NCBI GenBank assembly: GCA_963799485.1 | Contig: CAWCXJ010000008.1 | Coordinates: 288,001 to 352,000 of the forward strand | Direction of reading: 5' to 3' | DNA: 64,000 nt | Origin: an uncultured Trueperaceae bacterium | GTDB taxonomy: Bacteria; Deinococcota; Deinococci; Deinococcales; Trueperaceae | Shown: piece by piece, positions 39,154 through 50,192 of the stretch | Layout of the letters: every line of letters starts with the position of its first letter | Position numbering within the stretch: the first letter of the stretch is position 1 | Notes under the pieces: model-generated | Seen by the model: only the letters and a program-made list of their open reading frames with translations | Told to the model about the DNA's origin: nothing | Database searches by the model: none | Program-made: the position numbers and the translations under genes

Positions 39154-39615
39154 TTAAGCTTGCCTCTGCCACGTACCCGATTTGCCGCCGGTTTTCGAGA
39201 GCAGTCTGGTCTCAATCACCATCCCCTTACCGTAAGCCTTGAGCATGTCGTAAAGCGTCAGCGCCGCGATACTCACCGCCGTAAGCGCCTCCATCTCGAC
39301 GCCGGTTTTGCCGGTGACGCGGCAGGTCGCCGTAAACGTGACTTTAGCGGCCTCTGCGTCCGTTTCACCCCGCACCGAAACTTTGGTCAGTGGCAGCGGG
39401 TGGCAGAGTGGAATCAGGTCGCTCGTGCGTTTGGCGGCCATAATCCCGGCGAGTTCGGCGACGGCTACCGGGTCGCCCTTGTCGGGGCCGCGCTGCAAGG
39501 CGCTAAAGACTTCCGGCGGGAGGAGGACACAGGCGCGCGCCACCGCTTCACGGGCCGTCTCTGCCTTGTCCGAAACATCGACCATCACGGCCTTACCGTT
39601 TTCAAAATGGGTCAT
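39154..39615 (-). CDS. moaC: Cyclic pyranopterin monophosphate synthase
   Basis: Motifs [27 protein letters not shown] and KTGGKSG. Confidence 0.95.
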   Translation of the reverse strand: MTHFENGKAVMVDVSDKAETAREAVARACVLLPPEVFSALQRGPDKGDPVAVAELAGIMAAKRTSDLIPLCHPLPLTKVSVRGETDAEAAKVTFTATCRVTGKTGVEMEALTAVSIAALTLYDMLKAYGKGMVIETRLLSKTGGKSGTWQRQA

Positions 39616-39782
39616 GTCCCGAGTATAGCGGCTGGGTGCTGCTAGGCTCGCGGCTCAGGCAAAGATGCTGTAGCCACACCTTGGTTCGGTGACGATGACA
39701 TCCCGAATCCGTACTCCAAGGCCGACCAGCGTCCTTCCCGACAGCTTTTTTTAAGCTACCCTGTTCGGCCTTGGTAAAGGGC

Positions 39783-39811
39783 TTGCATTTTGCAGAACTG
39801 TGTGCTAACCT
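39783..39811 (+). promoter_or_regulatory. Sigma70-type promoter of the LacI/ABC operon
   Basis: TTGCAT-17 nt-TAACCT with an extended TG. Confidence 0.62.
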
Positions 39812-39833
39812 GCAAAAAGTTTAGTTCAGTTTA

Positions 39834-39847
39834 CGAAACCGTTTTCG
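39834..39847. promoter_or_regulatory. Putative LacI-family operator
   Basis: Near-palindrome CGAAACCGTTTTCG with a central CG, just downstream of the promoter. Confidence 0.65.
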
Positions 39848-39905
39848 CCGTGTAATCCCGGGCTGGTCTTGTACCGCCGGCTACCTGCCTGACGAGAGGT
39901 ATCTT

Positions 39906-40910
39906 TTGTCTAGTCGTGTCTCAATTCGGCGCGTGGCGGAGGCCGCCGGGGTCGCTGTGGGCACCGTTTCAAAGTCGCTTAACGGCGACCGCGAAATCTC
40001 CGAACGGACGCGCGAACGTGTGCAAAAAGTCGCGCGTGAGCTCGGCTACCGGCCGATGGCGCAGGCGCGGGGTCTGGCACGGGGGAGTACCGGCAACATC
40101 GCGGTAGCGGTGCGGAGCGTTTTCGCGCCGGTTTTTGCGAGCGCTTTTTACAGTGAAGTGCTAGCAGGCGTCGAGGCCGAGTTGGAGCGTCACGACCTCA
40201 ATTTGCTCCTCACCAGCCTCAAGTACGGCGACGACCTCTTGCGCCTCGCCTCCGAGCGCCGCGCCGACGGCGTGTTGTATATCGGGTATGACCTTGAACC
40301 CGCCTTTTTGCGTGAACTGAGTACGCACATCCCGCTTGTCATTATCGACGGTGAAGCCGAAGGTATCAGCAGTATCGTCAGCGAAAATCTGGCGGGCGCG
40401 CGGGCAGCGGCACAGCACCTGCTGGCGCAGGGACGGCGGCGACTGATGTTTGCCGCGAGTACACTCACACAACCCAACTTCTGCTTGCGCTATCAAGGAT
40501 TTTGTGAAGTCCTCGAGGAAGCTGGTCTGACGCCCGGCCCTACCGTGCAAGGCTGGAGCTTTGCCGAACTGTGCGCGCAGCTGGCGGCGCTTTTTACCGA
40601 TACTCACGCTAACGCTTATACCGGCACCCGTCCGGACGGCATCGTCTGCGCCAACGATTCGGTCGGCTACCTGGTTTTACAGGTGCTGGAAACCCTGGGC
40701 GTCCGGGTACCCGAAGAGGTCGCTTTAGTCGGTTACGACGGGACTGCCGGGGCCGAAACCCGTCGCACCCGGCTCAGCACGGTGACGCTCGATAAACGGG
40801 AGCTGGGCGCGGCGGGGGTGCGCGTGCTGTTGGGCCGGCTCGCACATCCGGAAAGGCCACCACAGCAGGTTGTGATTCCCACGCGGCTCGAGCCGGGAGA
40901 CACTTCATGA
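39906..40910 (+). CDS. LacI family transcriptional regulator
   Basis: SIRRVAEAAGVAVGTVSKSLN HTH, plus VPEEVALVGYD. Confidence 0.93.
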   Translation: MSSRVSIRRVAEAAGVAVGTVSKSLNGDREISERTRERVQKVARELGYRPMAQARGLARGSTGNIAVAVRSVFAPVFASAFYSEVLAGVEAELERHDLNLLLTSLKYGDDLLRLASERRADGVLYIGYDLEPAFLRELSTHIPLVIIDGEAEGISSIVSENLAGARAAAQHLLAQGRRRLMFAASTLTQPNFCLRYQGFCEVLEEAGLTPGPTVQGWSFAELCAQLAALFTDTHANAYTGTRPDGIVCANDSVGYLVLQVLETLGVRVPEEVALVGYDGTAGAETRRTRLSTVTLDKRELGAAGVRVLLGRLAHPERPPQQVVIPTRLEPGDTS

Positions 40911-40986
40911 GCCCATGAGATAAGGAGGTTTGTCAGCCGTTTTTCGCCCTAAGCCAATCTAAAAACCAAGTTTTAGGAGAAACTGC

Positions 40987-42690
40987 ATGAGAAAAAGCTT
41001 TTTACTCGTTCTACTGGCAACTGCCTTTTTAGGTGTTGCCAACGCGCAAAGTTTGCCGCGTGAGCAAACGCTCTATGTGACCGGCTTTCAGTGGGGGCCG
41101 CCGAGCAGCTTTAACCCACTCGGCCCGGTGCGCGCCTGGCCCGTCGCTGAAGGGGGTGCGTTCAACCTGATTTACGAATCGCTCCTCACCTACAACCTCA
41201 TCACCGGCGAACTCGACCCGCGCCTCGCGTCGGGATTAGAGGAAAACGGCAACACTTTTGTCGTCACGCTCCAACCCGGTACCACGTTTCAAGACGGCGA
41301 ACCGCTTACCAGCGAAGACGTCGTGTATTCGTATGAGCTGGCCAAACGCCAGAGCGTCGAGTACGCCTCGTTTTGGGATTACGTCAACAGCGTCGAAGCC
41401 ACCGACGACCGCACCATTACCTTTACACTCAATCCCGACCGGCTCAACCTGGGTCTGGTACGCAATTTTCTAACGACGGTCGCTATCTTGCCCCAACATA
41501 TCTGGGCACCTTTAGAAGAGCAGGAATCGTCGCTGGTGCAGTTTGCCAACCCCGAACCCGTTGGCTCGGGGCCGTACACGCTCCAGAACGCGAACAATGA
41601 GCGCATCATCTTGCAGCGCGCCGAAAACTACTGGGGCAAAGATGTTTACGGTTTGCCCGCACCGACCTACCTCGTGCACCCGATTTTCGCCTCGAACGAC
41701 GCCGCGAACCTGGCCTTCTCGCAAGGGCAGCTCGACTTGTCGCAAAACTTCATCCCGGAAGTCTGGAAGCTGGGGGAAAACGCGCCGATCAGCACCTGGA
41801 CGAACGAATCGCCCTACTACCTGCCCGGTTCGATTCCAATGGTCTGGATCAACGTCAACAAACCTGGTCTGGACAACCCGGCGGTGCGCCGCGCTTTGGC
41901 CTACACCATCAACTATCCGCTGATCGCCCAGACCGCCATGTCGAACTACTCGGTACCGGTCAACGCCAGCTTGATCGTTCCCGGCGGCGGCGAAGACGCC
42001 TACTTCGACGCCGAGGCAGTCGCCCAGAACGGCTGGAGCTTCGATCCGAATAAAGCCGTCGATATTCTCGAGAATGAACTCGGCGCGACCAAAGGCAACG
42101 ACGGCATCTACGTTCTGCCCGACGGTACCCGTTTAGGGCCGTGGGAGGTCTCCGCACCTTACGGCTGGAGCGACTGGAATCAGGCGTTAGAGATCGTCGC
42201 TTCCTCCGCGCAAGCGGTCGGTATCGACGTCCGCACGAACTTCCCCGAACAGTCGGTGTGGCAGACGAACATGCAAAACGGCAACTTCGACCTGACCATG
42301 AACTCGGCAACGGGTGCGAGCGCCGCCGGGCCGTGGCCCCGTTTCCGCGACGTCCTCGATATTCGGGGTGTGCCTGAAGCCGGTCAGACCGCGTTCTGGA
42401 ACTACGGTCGTTACAACAATCCCGAGGTTGCCGGGCTTTTGGAACAAGCCGCCTCCGCCTCCCCTGAAGAGCAGGGCCAGTACTACGCGCAGCTCGACGA
42501 GATTTTCCGGCAAGATGTGCCGACGCTGCCGCTGATGTACCGCCCGCAGCAGTTCTACACCTTCGACAGCTCGGTGTGGAAAAACTTCCCGACCGCCGAA
42601 AACCCCTACGCGCCGCCCATGCACAGCCAGTCCGGGGTGCAGGTGCTTTTCAACATCACCACTGAAGCGCAGACGAGTCAGGCGCAGTAG
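40987..42690 (+). CDS. Opp-family substrate-binding protein, probably for oligosaccharides
   Basis: Signal peptide, FQDGEPLTSEDVVYSY and PYGWSDW. Lies next to a GH2 gene. Confidence 0.9.
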   Translation: MRKSFLLVLLATAFLGVANAQSLPREQTLYVTGFQWGPPSSFNPLGPVRAWPVAEGGAFNLIYESLLTYNLITGELDPRLASGLEENGNTFVVTLQPGTTFQDGEPLTSEDVVYSYELAKRQSVEYASFWDYVNSVEATDDRTITFTLNPDRLNLGLVRNFLTTVAILPQHIWAPLEEQESSLVQFANPEPVGSGPYTLQNANNERIILQRAENYWGKDVYGLPAPTYLVHPIFASNDAANLAFSQGQLDLSQNFIPEVWKLGENAPISTWTNESPYYLPGSIPMVWINVNKPGLDNPAVRRALAYTINYPLIAQTAMSNYSVPVNASLIVPGGGEDAYFDAEAVAQNGWSFDPNKAVDILENELGATKGNDGIYVLPDGTRLGPWEVSAPYGWSDWNQALEIVASSAQAVGIDVRTNFPEQSVWQTNMQNGNFDLTMNSATGASAAGPWPRFRDVLDIRGVPEAGQTAFWNYGRYNNPEVAGLLEQAASASPEEQGQYYAQLDEIFRQDVPTLPLMYRPQQFYTFDSSVWKNFPTAENPYAPPMHSQSGVQVLFNITTEAQTSQAQ

Positions 42691-42748
42691 CTGGCAGTAA
42701 ACCAATGTGTGGAGTGTCAAAGCTTCTTGGCACTCCATAGGAGACCCT

Positions 42749-43759
42749 ATGAAACCATTTCAACGCTATCTTCTAAATAAATTGTTCTGGTATCTGCTCG
42801 CTTTCGTCGCAGCGGTGGCGCTCAATTTCTTTTTGCCGCGCCTGATTCCCGGTAATCCCGTCGACGCCATCGTAGCGCAGATGGCCCAGGGCGGCGGCAC
42901 TTCGGGCGAAGCGCTGAGCCGCGTCTACGACACCTATATTACCGAGTTCGGGCTTGACAAATCGCCCATAGAGCAGTTTATCTCATACCTGGGCAACCTC
43001 TTGCGCGGCGACTTGGGCACCTCACTCGGCAACTATCCGGCGAGCGTCAACGGCATCATCGGTTCGGCCTTGCCGTGGACTTTGGCGTTGCAACTCCCGA
43101 CGATTTTACTCGGCTGGATTTTGGGCAACATATTAGGTGTCTTGGCGGCGTACAAGGGCGGTTGGGTCGACCGGGGCGCGTTTTTGGGGTCGCTGGCGTT
43201 CTCGAGCATCCCCTACTACGGCCTCGCTATCTTGCTCCTTTACGTCTTCGCCGTGGCGTTGCCGTGGTTTCCTACGGGCGGCGCGTACAGCTTCGCCTCC
43301 ACCCCAAGCTGGACTTGGGGGTTTATCACCGACGCGGCGCAGCATTACATCTTGCCGTTCTTGTCACTTTTGCTGATCGTAATCGGCGGTCAGGCGATTG
43401 GGATGCGTTCGATGGCGATCTACGAACTCGGCGCAGATTACGTCGGCTACGAACGCTCGCTGGGTTTGGGTGAAACGCGTATCGTCCGGGGAATTTTCCG
43501 CAACGCGGTGTTACCGCAAATTACCGGCCTGGCACTTTCGATCGGGGCGCTCGCCGGGGGCGCGCTGATTACCGAAATCGTCTTTTCATATCCGGGTCTC
43601 GGGACGGTTTTGTTCGACGCCATCCGGCAAAACGACTACCCGGTCATCCAGGGGGTGACGATGCTGATTACCGTCGCGGTTTTGGCGGCGAACTTTTTAG
43701 TCGACCTGACCTACGGCCTCATCGACCCGCGCATCCGCACGGCGGGGGCGGGCGCATGA
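42749..43759 (+). CDS. ABC permease, OppB-like
   Basis: Motifs PRLIPGNP, RGDLGTS and GLIDPRIR. Confidence 0.92.
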   Translation: MKPFQRYLLNKLFWYLLAFVAAVALNFFLPRLIPGNPVDAIVAQMAQGGGTSGEALSRVYDTYITEFGLDKSPIEQFISYLGNLLRGDLGTSLGNYPASVNGIIGSALPWTLALQLPTILLGWILGNILGVLAAYKGGWVDRGAFLGSLAFSSIPYYGLAILLLYVFAVALPWFPTGGAYSFASTPSWTWGFITDAAQHYILPFLSLLLIVIGGQAIGMRSMAIYELGADYVGYERSLGLGETRIVRGIFRNAVLPQITGLALSIGALAGGALITEIVFSYPGLGTVLFDAIRQNDYPVIQGVTMLITVAVLAANFLVDLTYGLIDPRIRTAGAGA

Positions 43760-44586
43760 TTCGGGCACTTTTTCGCAGCGGGCGCTTTCGCGTGTCTTTC
43801 GTCTTGCTCGTTCTTATCGTCGTGACGGCGGTGCTGGGGCCGCGTTTCGACGACCGCAACCCGCTCTTTGCCGTTGGTGGGCGTTACGACCAACCCTCGG
43901 CGGGGGTCTGGCTCGGTACCGACGCCATCGGCAACGACGTTTTTTTGCAGCTGATGTACGGCCTCGGCACCTCGCTCTATATCGGCCTGGTCGCAGGCAT
44001 CGTCGCAACACTTATCGGCGTGGCGATTGGAACGCTTTCAGGCTACCTCGGCGGGCTCTTGGACGAAATCTTGATGGGCTTTACAAACATCTTGATTACC
44101 GTCCCGACGATTGTCGTACTGGTGCTTTTGTCGGTGGCGTTGCAAAACCGTTCGACGCTGCTCCTAGGCGTTATTATCGGCGTCACGAGCTGGCCGTGGA
44201 CGGCGCGGGCGGTGCGGGCGCAAACCTCCTCGCTCAAAACGCGTGAACACGTCGATGTGGCCAAGCTCTCCGGGGCCGGGACGTTCGGGGTTATCGTCCG
44301 CGAAATCTTGCCGTATATGGCGAGTTACGTGGTGATGGCGTTCGTGTTGCAACTCTCGAGCGGCATCTTAAATGAAGCGGGCCTGAGTTTGCTGGGCCTG
44401 GGGCCTAGCCAAAGCATTTCACTCGGCAAGATGCTCCAAAGCGCGCTGCAAGGCGAAGCGCTAAGGACGGGCGCATACTGGGCGATCTTGCCGCAAACCA
44501 TTCTCCTCTCAATCATTGCGTTTTCGCTACTGCTTTTGCAGTCGAGCTTAGACGAGTTCTTTAATCCCCGGTTGAGGCGCAGCTGA
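43756..44586 (+). CDS. ABC permease, OppC-like
   Basis: Motifs WLGTDAIGND and FNPRLR. Confidence 0.92.
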   Translation: MIRALFRSGRFRVSFVLLVLIVVTAVLGPRFDDRNPLFAVGGRYDQPSAGVWLGTDAIGNDVFLQLMYGLGTSLYIGLVAGIVATLIGVAIGTLSGYLGGLLDEILMGFTNILITVPTIVVLVLLSVALQNRSTLLLGVIIGVTSWPWTARAVRAQTSSLKTREHVDVAKLSGAGTFGVIVREILPYMASYVVMAFVLQLSSGILNEAGLSLLGLGPSQSISLGKMLQSALQGEALRTGAYWAILPQTILLSIIAFSLLLLQSSLDEFFNPRLRRS

Positions 44587-45596
44587 TGGGCACGGGTACA
44601 ACCGGCGACTTGTTAAGTGTGCAGAATGTGCGGGCGTCGTACCGCTTGGGGAGCGGCAAGGAGCTGCGCGCGGTGGACGGCGTGTCTTTAGAGCTTCGCG
44701 AGGGTGAGGTCCTGGGCGTCGTCGGTGAGTCGGGCTGCGGTAAGTCCACCCTGGCGACGATTTTGGCCTTAAACGCTGCGCCGCCCCTTTACGTCGAAAG
44801 TGGTACCGTCGAACTTCAGGGACGCCGCGCCGACCTGACCGAGCGCGAAGCGCTGCCGCGCAGTGAACGGGGCAAACTCATTTCGGTGCTGCCGCAGAGT
44901 GCGATGAACTCGATCAACCCGACGACGCGGGTGCGCGACTTGGCCTATGACGTGTTGCGGGCGCACGAACGGATTTCGCGTAAAGCAGCGTGGGGGCGGG
45001 CGGGGGCGCGGCTCGAGCAACTCGGTTTGCCGACCCGCGCCTTGGAGCGCTACCCGCATGAACTCTCCGGCGGGATGCGCCAACGCGTCATCACCGTCAT
45101 CTCCACCTTGCTGGACCCCAAAATCCTCATCGCCGACGAACCGACCTCGGCGCTAGACGTCTCCTCGCAGCGCGCTGTGACCGATATGCTCAGGGACCTC
45201 CTGACGCGCAAAATCATCTCGGGCGTCTTGTTTATCACCCACGACCTGCCGCTCTTGCACCATATCGCCGACCGGGTGGCGGTGATGTACGCGGGTAAAG
45301 TAGTCGAACTCGGCCCGACGGAGCAGGTCATCAGTGCGCCCGAACACCCTTACGCGCGCGCGCTCGTCGGTTCGATTCTGGTACCGGAACCTTATATTAG
45401 GGCGGAACGGGTCAAAGGTATTCCCGGTTCGCCGCCCGACCTCGCCGCGATGCCCACCGGCTGCCGCTTTCGCCCGCGCTGCCCGCGCGCCGACGACAGG
45501 TGTTTGCAAGACCCGCCCGAAGTCGGCGACCGCACGCACTTTGCCGCCTGCTGGCGCGTTTACGAAGCGCGGCAGTCATTAGTGGAGGGAGTTTGA
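44586..45596 (+). CDS. ABC ATPase, OppD-like
   Basis: Motifs GESGCGKS, YPHELSGGMRQR and GCRFRPRCP. Confidence 0.93.
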   Translation: MGTGTTGDLLSVQNVRASYRLGSGKELRAVDGVSLELREGEVLGVVGESGCGKSTLATILALNAAPPLYVESGTVELQGRRADLTEREALPRSERGKLISVLPQSAMNSINPTTRVRDLAYDVLRAHERISRKAAWGRAGARLEQLGLPTRALERYPHELSGGMRQRVITVISTLLDPKILIADEPTSALDVSSQRAVTDMLRDLLTRKIISGVLFITHDLPLLHHIADRVAVMYAGKVVELGPTEQVISAPEHPYARALVGSILVPEPYIRAERVKGIPGSPPDLAAMPTGCRFRPRCPRADDRCLQDPPEVGDRTHFAACWRVYEARQSLVEGV

Positions 45597-46435
45597 TGGA
45601 CATGTTTGATACACCCGACAGGGCGCACGATGTGCGGGTTTTTACGCCGCCCATGACCGAAGACGCTGCCAAAGCGGAGCCGCTCCTCAGCGTCCGCAAC
45701 CTGACCCGCACCTTCGGTTCCGGCGACAACGCGGTTACAGCGGTCAATAACGTATCGTTCGAGCTGTACCCCGGCGAAATCGTCGCACTCGTCGGCGAAT
45801 CCGGGAGCGGTAAATCTACCCTGGCGCGGCTTTTATTGCGGCTCTTAGCGCCGACCTCAGGCGACATCGAACTCTCCGGTAAAAACGTCACCAAGGGGCC
45901 GAAACACGTTTACTGGCGCGAGGTGCAGGCGGTATTTCAAGACCCGTTTGCGTCGTTTAACCAGTTTTACAGCGTCCGGCGGGTGCTGCTTTCGGCGCTG
46001 GGCGTGCTTAAAAAACAGCCGAACCGGGCTGAAAAAGAGCGGCGGCTTAAAGAGGCGCTTTCACAAGTCGGGCTCTCCGAATCGCTCCTGAATAAACGCC
46101 CGTATGAGCTTTCGGGGGGTCAGCGGCAACGGGTGATGATGGCGCGGGCGCTGATGCTAAAGCCCGAGCTGTTAATCGCCGATGAACCGACCTCGATGCT
46201 AGACGCCTCACTCCGGGTGAGCATCTTAAACCAGCTTAAAGACGTGCGCGACACGACCGGGACGACACTGCTCTTAATCACCCACGACCTCGGGCAGGCG
46301 TACTACGTGAGCGACCGCTTGCTGGTCATGTACAAGGGCGAACTCGTCGAAAACGGGCCGACCGAGCAGGTCGTGGCGCAGAGTCGGCATCCGTATACGC
46401 GGGCGCTGATTGCCGACGTGCCGACGCTGCACTAG
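45596..46435 (+). CDS. ABC ATPase, OppF-like
   Basis: Motifs GESGSGKS, LSGGQRQR and ADEPTSMLD. Confidence 0.93.
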   Translation: MDMFDTPDRAHDVRVFTPPMTEDAAKAEPLLSVRNLTRTFGSGDNAVTAVNNVSFELYPGEIVALVGESGSGKSTLARLLLRLLAPTSGDIELSGKNVTKGPKHVYWREVQAVFQDPFASFNQFYSVRRVLLSALGVLKKQPNRAEKERRLKEALSQVGLSESLLNKRPYELSGGQRQRVMMARALMLKPELLIADEPTSMLDASLRVSILNQLKDVRDTTGTTLLLITHDLGQAYYVSDRLLVMYKGELVENGPTEQVVAQSRHPYTRALIADVPTLH

Positions 46436-46442
46436 GTGAAGC

Positions 46443-46468
46443 GTAAAGAAGCCTCGAGGCTTCTTTAC
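46443..46468. repeat. Perfect 26-bp palindrome, probable terminator hairpin
   Basis: GTAAAGAAGCCTCGAGGCTTCTTTAC, immediately after the ABC operon. Confidence 0.8.
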
Positions 46469-46695
46469 ACAACCAGATTCCCCCGACTTTACGGCGACAA
46501 ATATCTTTCGGGTATCTACGGCGAATTTGTACGACCCTTAACCAGCATTCAAGCTGTATGAGCAGTGGGGCTGCTCGAGGCTCCACTCTGCCAAAGAAAC
46601 GTTTAGGCTGCGCGGGTGAGTTCAGTGCCCGGAATATATTGAGTACAAATCCAAATGCGCTAAGTGACCCGGCTCAGCGCTCCTGAAAGGCCGAC

Positions 46696-47112
46696 ATGGG
46701 CAATACCGACCTGGCACACGCCGCGTTCGCCGTAAAAGTTGAGCGAACCCTTGAGTCTTACGCGCATCTGGGCATCCGCGAAGCGTTCCGGCGGCATCAC
46801 GACGACGGCTCGTTGATGCTCGTCTATCTGCACGTCGCGGGCGACCGCTTTATCGAAATCTTTCCGGGTGGCTTGGACGCCGATGCTCAGCGCAAAGGGA
46901 GCTTTATGCACCTCTGCCTTTTAACCGAAGTACGTTCAGCGGTCGAGACGTTGCGCTCAGCGGGTGTTCCCATCGACCGGGAATCGACGACCGGGTTAGA
47001 CACCAACTTGCAAGCGTGGACTAGTGACCCGGACGGAAATGCTACCGAATTAATGCAGTTGAGTCCCAACTCGCCGCAACGCCGAATTGCGCGCGGTGAG
47101 GTGGTCGGGTGA
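46696..47112 (+). CDS. VOC/glyoxalase family protein
   Basis: Motifs LAHAAFAV, FIEIF, HLCLL and DPDGNATELMQ. Confidence 0.8.
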   Translation: MGNTDLAHAAFAVKVERTLESYAHLGIREAFRRHHDDGSLMLVYLHVAGDRFIEIFPGGLDADAQRKGSFMHLCLLTEVRSAVETLRSAGVPIDRESTTGLDTNLQAWTSDPDGNATELMQLSPNSPQRRIARGEVVG

Positions 47113-49548
47113 CTAAAGTTGAGCTCACAGGCTGGCAACTCTCAGCTCTAAGCGAGGTTCCGGCAGCGGCGCAGGGGACGTTTCCGGCGACCGTACCGGG
47201 TTGTGTTCACACCGATTTGTTGACAGCGGGCGTTATCGAAGACCCTTATTTGGCGCAAAACGAACCCGAAAGCGCGTGGATAGGCCGCGCCGACTGGCGT
47301 TACCGCTGCACTTTTACGGCGACGGCGGAAATACTCTCTGCCGAACACCTGACGCTCGTGTGCGACGGGCTCGATACCGTTGCCGAGCTTTCACTCAACG
47401 GCGAGCCGTTTGCGGCGACTGAATCGATGCACGTCGGTTACCGCTTCGAGCTCAAGAACTTGGTGCGGGAGGGAGAAAACCGGCTTACGATTACCTTCCG
47501 CTCCCCCTACGCCTACGCCGAAGCCAAGCAGCTCGAGCTAGGTGATTTGCCGGGGCCGTATGACGAACCCTTTAATTTTATCCGCAAGATGGCGTGTAAT
47601 TTCGGTTGGGACTGGGGGCCGACGCTGGTTACGGCGGGTATCTGGCGGGATATCTATCTGGAAAGCTGGCGCGGCGTGCGTTTTGCCGGGGTGCGGCCTT
47701 TAGTGACCGAGGCGACGGTGGAGCAGGGCAGAGTAGAGGTTTTTGCCGACTTTGAAGGCAACCCGGCAGGTCAAACACTGCACGCAAGTTTACGCGACCC
47801 GGCGGGCAACGTCGTTGCCGAAGCCGAGACGGAGGCCGTAAACTCGAGCGCTCAACTGAGCCTGAACGTCGCCAACCCCGAACGCTGGTGGCCTCGGGGT
47901 CACGGGGAGCAGCCGCTTTACACGCTCGAGCTGACTTTAGGCGAAGCCAGGTGGCAGGGGCGTATCGGGATTCGCAAGGTCGAACTCGACACAACGCCCG
48001 ACGACATCGGCGCTGCTTTTACGCTCAAAGTCAACGGCAAAGCCATTTTTTGCAAAGGCGCAAACTGGATTCCCGACGACTGTTTTCCGGCGCGTGTGAC
48101 CAAGGAGCGCCTTCGTGAACGCCTGACGCAAGCCGTAGACGCCAACCTGAACATGCTCCGGGTGTGGGGCGGCGGCGTCTACGAATCCGGGGATTTTTAC
48201 GGCGCGTGCGACGAACTGGGGCTGATGGTCTGGCAAGACTTTTTGTTCGCCTGCGCCGCCTACCCCGAAGAAGCGCCGTTTCCTAAACTCGCCCAAGCCG
48301 AAGCACGCTACAACGTCACGCGGCTCTCCCCGCATCCGAGTCTGGTGCTCTGGAACGGCAACAACGAAAACCTCTGGGGTTACGAGGACTGGGGTTGGCA
48401 GGACGTTTTAGAAGGCAGGACGTGGGGGAGAGGGTTTTATCTGGAGCTGCTTCCCCGCGTCGTTCACGAGCTCGACCCCAGCCGCCCCTACTGGCCCGGC
48501 AGCCCGTATTCGGGCGAGGGCGTTCACCCCAACGCCGACACGCACGGCCCCAAACACATCTGGGACGTGTGGAACGAACGCGACTACACGGCTTACCGCA
48601 ACTATAAACCGCGTTTTGCCGCCGAGTTCGGCTTTCAAGCGCCGCCGACCTACCGGACTCTGGCGCGCAGCATTCCCGAAGATGAACGGTTTGCAACTTC
48701 GGCGGCGATGCTGCACCATCAGAAGGCGATAAATGGTAACGACAAGCTGAGAGCAGGGCTCGAGGCTCACTTCGGCAGCGCCGTAAAAGGAACCCCTGAA
48801 GACTTTGACGACTGGCTCTTTTTAACCCAGCTCAATCAGGCGCGGGCCGTGCAACTCGGGGTCGAATGGTTTCGCTCACTTATGCCGCGTTGTATGGGCG
48901 CGGTGTACTGGCAACTCAACGACTGCTGGCCCGTGACGTCGTGGGCGGCAGTAGACGGTTACGGCTACAAAAAGCCCTTGTGGTACGCCACCAAACGCTT
49001 CTTCGCCGACCAGCTCATGACCTTTCAACCAAATGAAGCCGGTCTCCGGCTCGTGTTCTGTAATGACAGCGACCTCCTCTGGATGGGCGAAGTCTGTGTG
49101 CAGCGGCTCTCCTTCGCAGGCGACGTTTTAGCCGAGGAGATGGTGCCCTTCTACGTTCAACCGCGCACGGTGTCAGTTATTGCCGAAGCGGGTAGCGCAT
49201 TTTTACGGACCGACGAACCCTGAACATGAATTTTTGGTAGCGCAGACCGGCGCGCAGCAGGCGACGTGGTTTTTCCTGCCGGACAAAGAACTCTCTTATC
49301 CTGAACCGAGACTACAGGGGAGACTTGAGGGCGACCAGCTTACTATCACCGCGCAGACGTTCGTCCGTGACCTGGCGCTGTTCGTCGAGCGTCTGGGGCC
49401 GGACGCCGAAATCAGCGACCAGCTCATCACGCTGTTGCCGGGGGAGAGCTTTACGTTTACGGTACGGGGATTAGGGGACAGGGACGTAAACGCGTTGCTG
49501 AAACCGCCAGTGATGAACTGTGCGAACCGTTTTGGACGCACGTTTTGA
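47109..49548 (+). pseudogene. GH2 beta-mannosidase split by a +1 frameshift near 49190-49220
   Basis: Motifs GWDWGP, KGANWIP, RVWGGG, WQDF, GNNEN, AEFGFQ and WQLNDCWP. The C-terminal Ig-like part (ISDQLITLLPGE) continues in ORF 49180-49548. Confidence 0.85.
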
Positions 49549-49628
49549 ACACAACGACGCTGCACCCGTGGCTTAGGAATTTGGGCCGAAAACGTCACAC
49601 TCTTAAACACCAGCCGTAGAATCTCAGG

Positions 49629-49967
49629 ATGATTACCCTCTTGCTTCTCGTCATCTCCAACATCTTTATGACCGTGGCGTGGTACGGACATCTCAAATAC
49701 TTGCCTGAAGGCCGGGTGTCTCTTTTTGTAGTTATTCTCATCAGCTGGGGGATCGCTTTTTTTGAGTATCTTTTTCAAGTTCCGGCCAACCGCATCGGCT
49801 ACCGCTACTTCACCGCAACACAGCTCAAGATATTTCAGGAGATCATCTCGCTAAGCGTGTTTGCGCTCTTTGCTGTATCTGTTTTAGGTGAAAAGCTGCA
49901 CTGGAACCATATGCTTGCTTTTGTGCTGATGGTGGTCGCGGCTTACCTGGTGGTAAGGCCCCACTAG
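49629..49967 (+). CDS. DMT family (DUF486-like) membrane protein
   Basis: Motifs SNIFMTVAWYGHLK and SWGIAFFEYLFQVPANRIG. Confidence 0.88.
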   Translation: MITLLLLVISNIFMTVAWYGHLKYLPEGRVSLFVVILISWGIAFFEYLFQVPANRIGYRYFTATQLKIFQEIISLSVFALFAVSVLGEKLHWNHMLAFVLMVVAAYLVVRPH

Positions 49968-50192
49968 GTTGCCAAACCGGCAAACATGTAAGACACTGCC
50001 TCAAAACGTTGTTCTTTTTGCAGAGGCGGCAGCGCCACTTCATTAACGCGAAGAACGCTCGAGCCCGATTTTTGGGGACGCGCAAGCTACTCGAGCCCCG
50101 CCCACCAACTATTTCCACTGCGTACCGACTCTGCGGTCGGTCGTCCGCACGCTGACGCGTCATTCGGCAGGCGTCGGGGTAAAATCTTCTTT

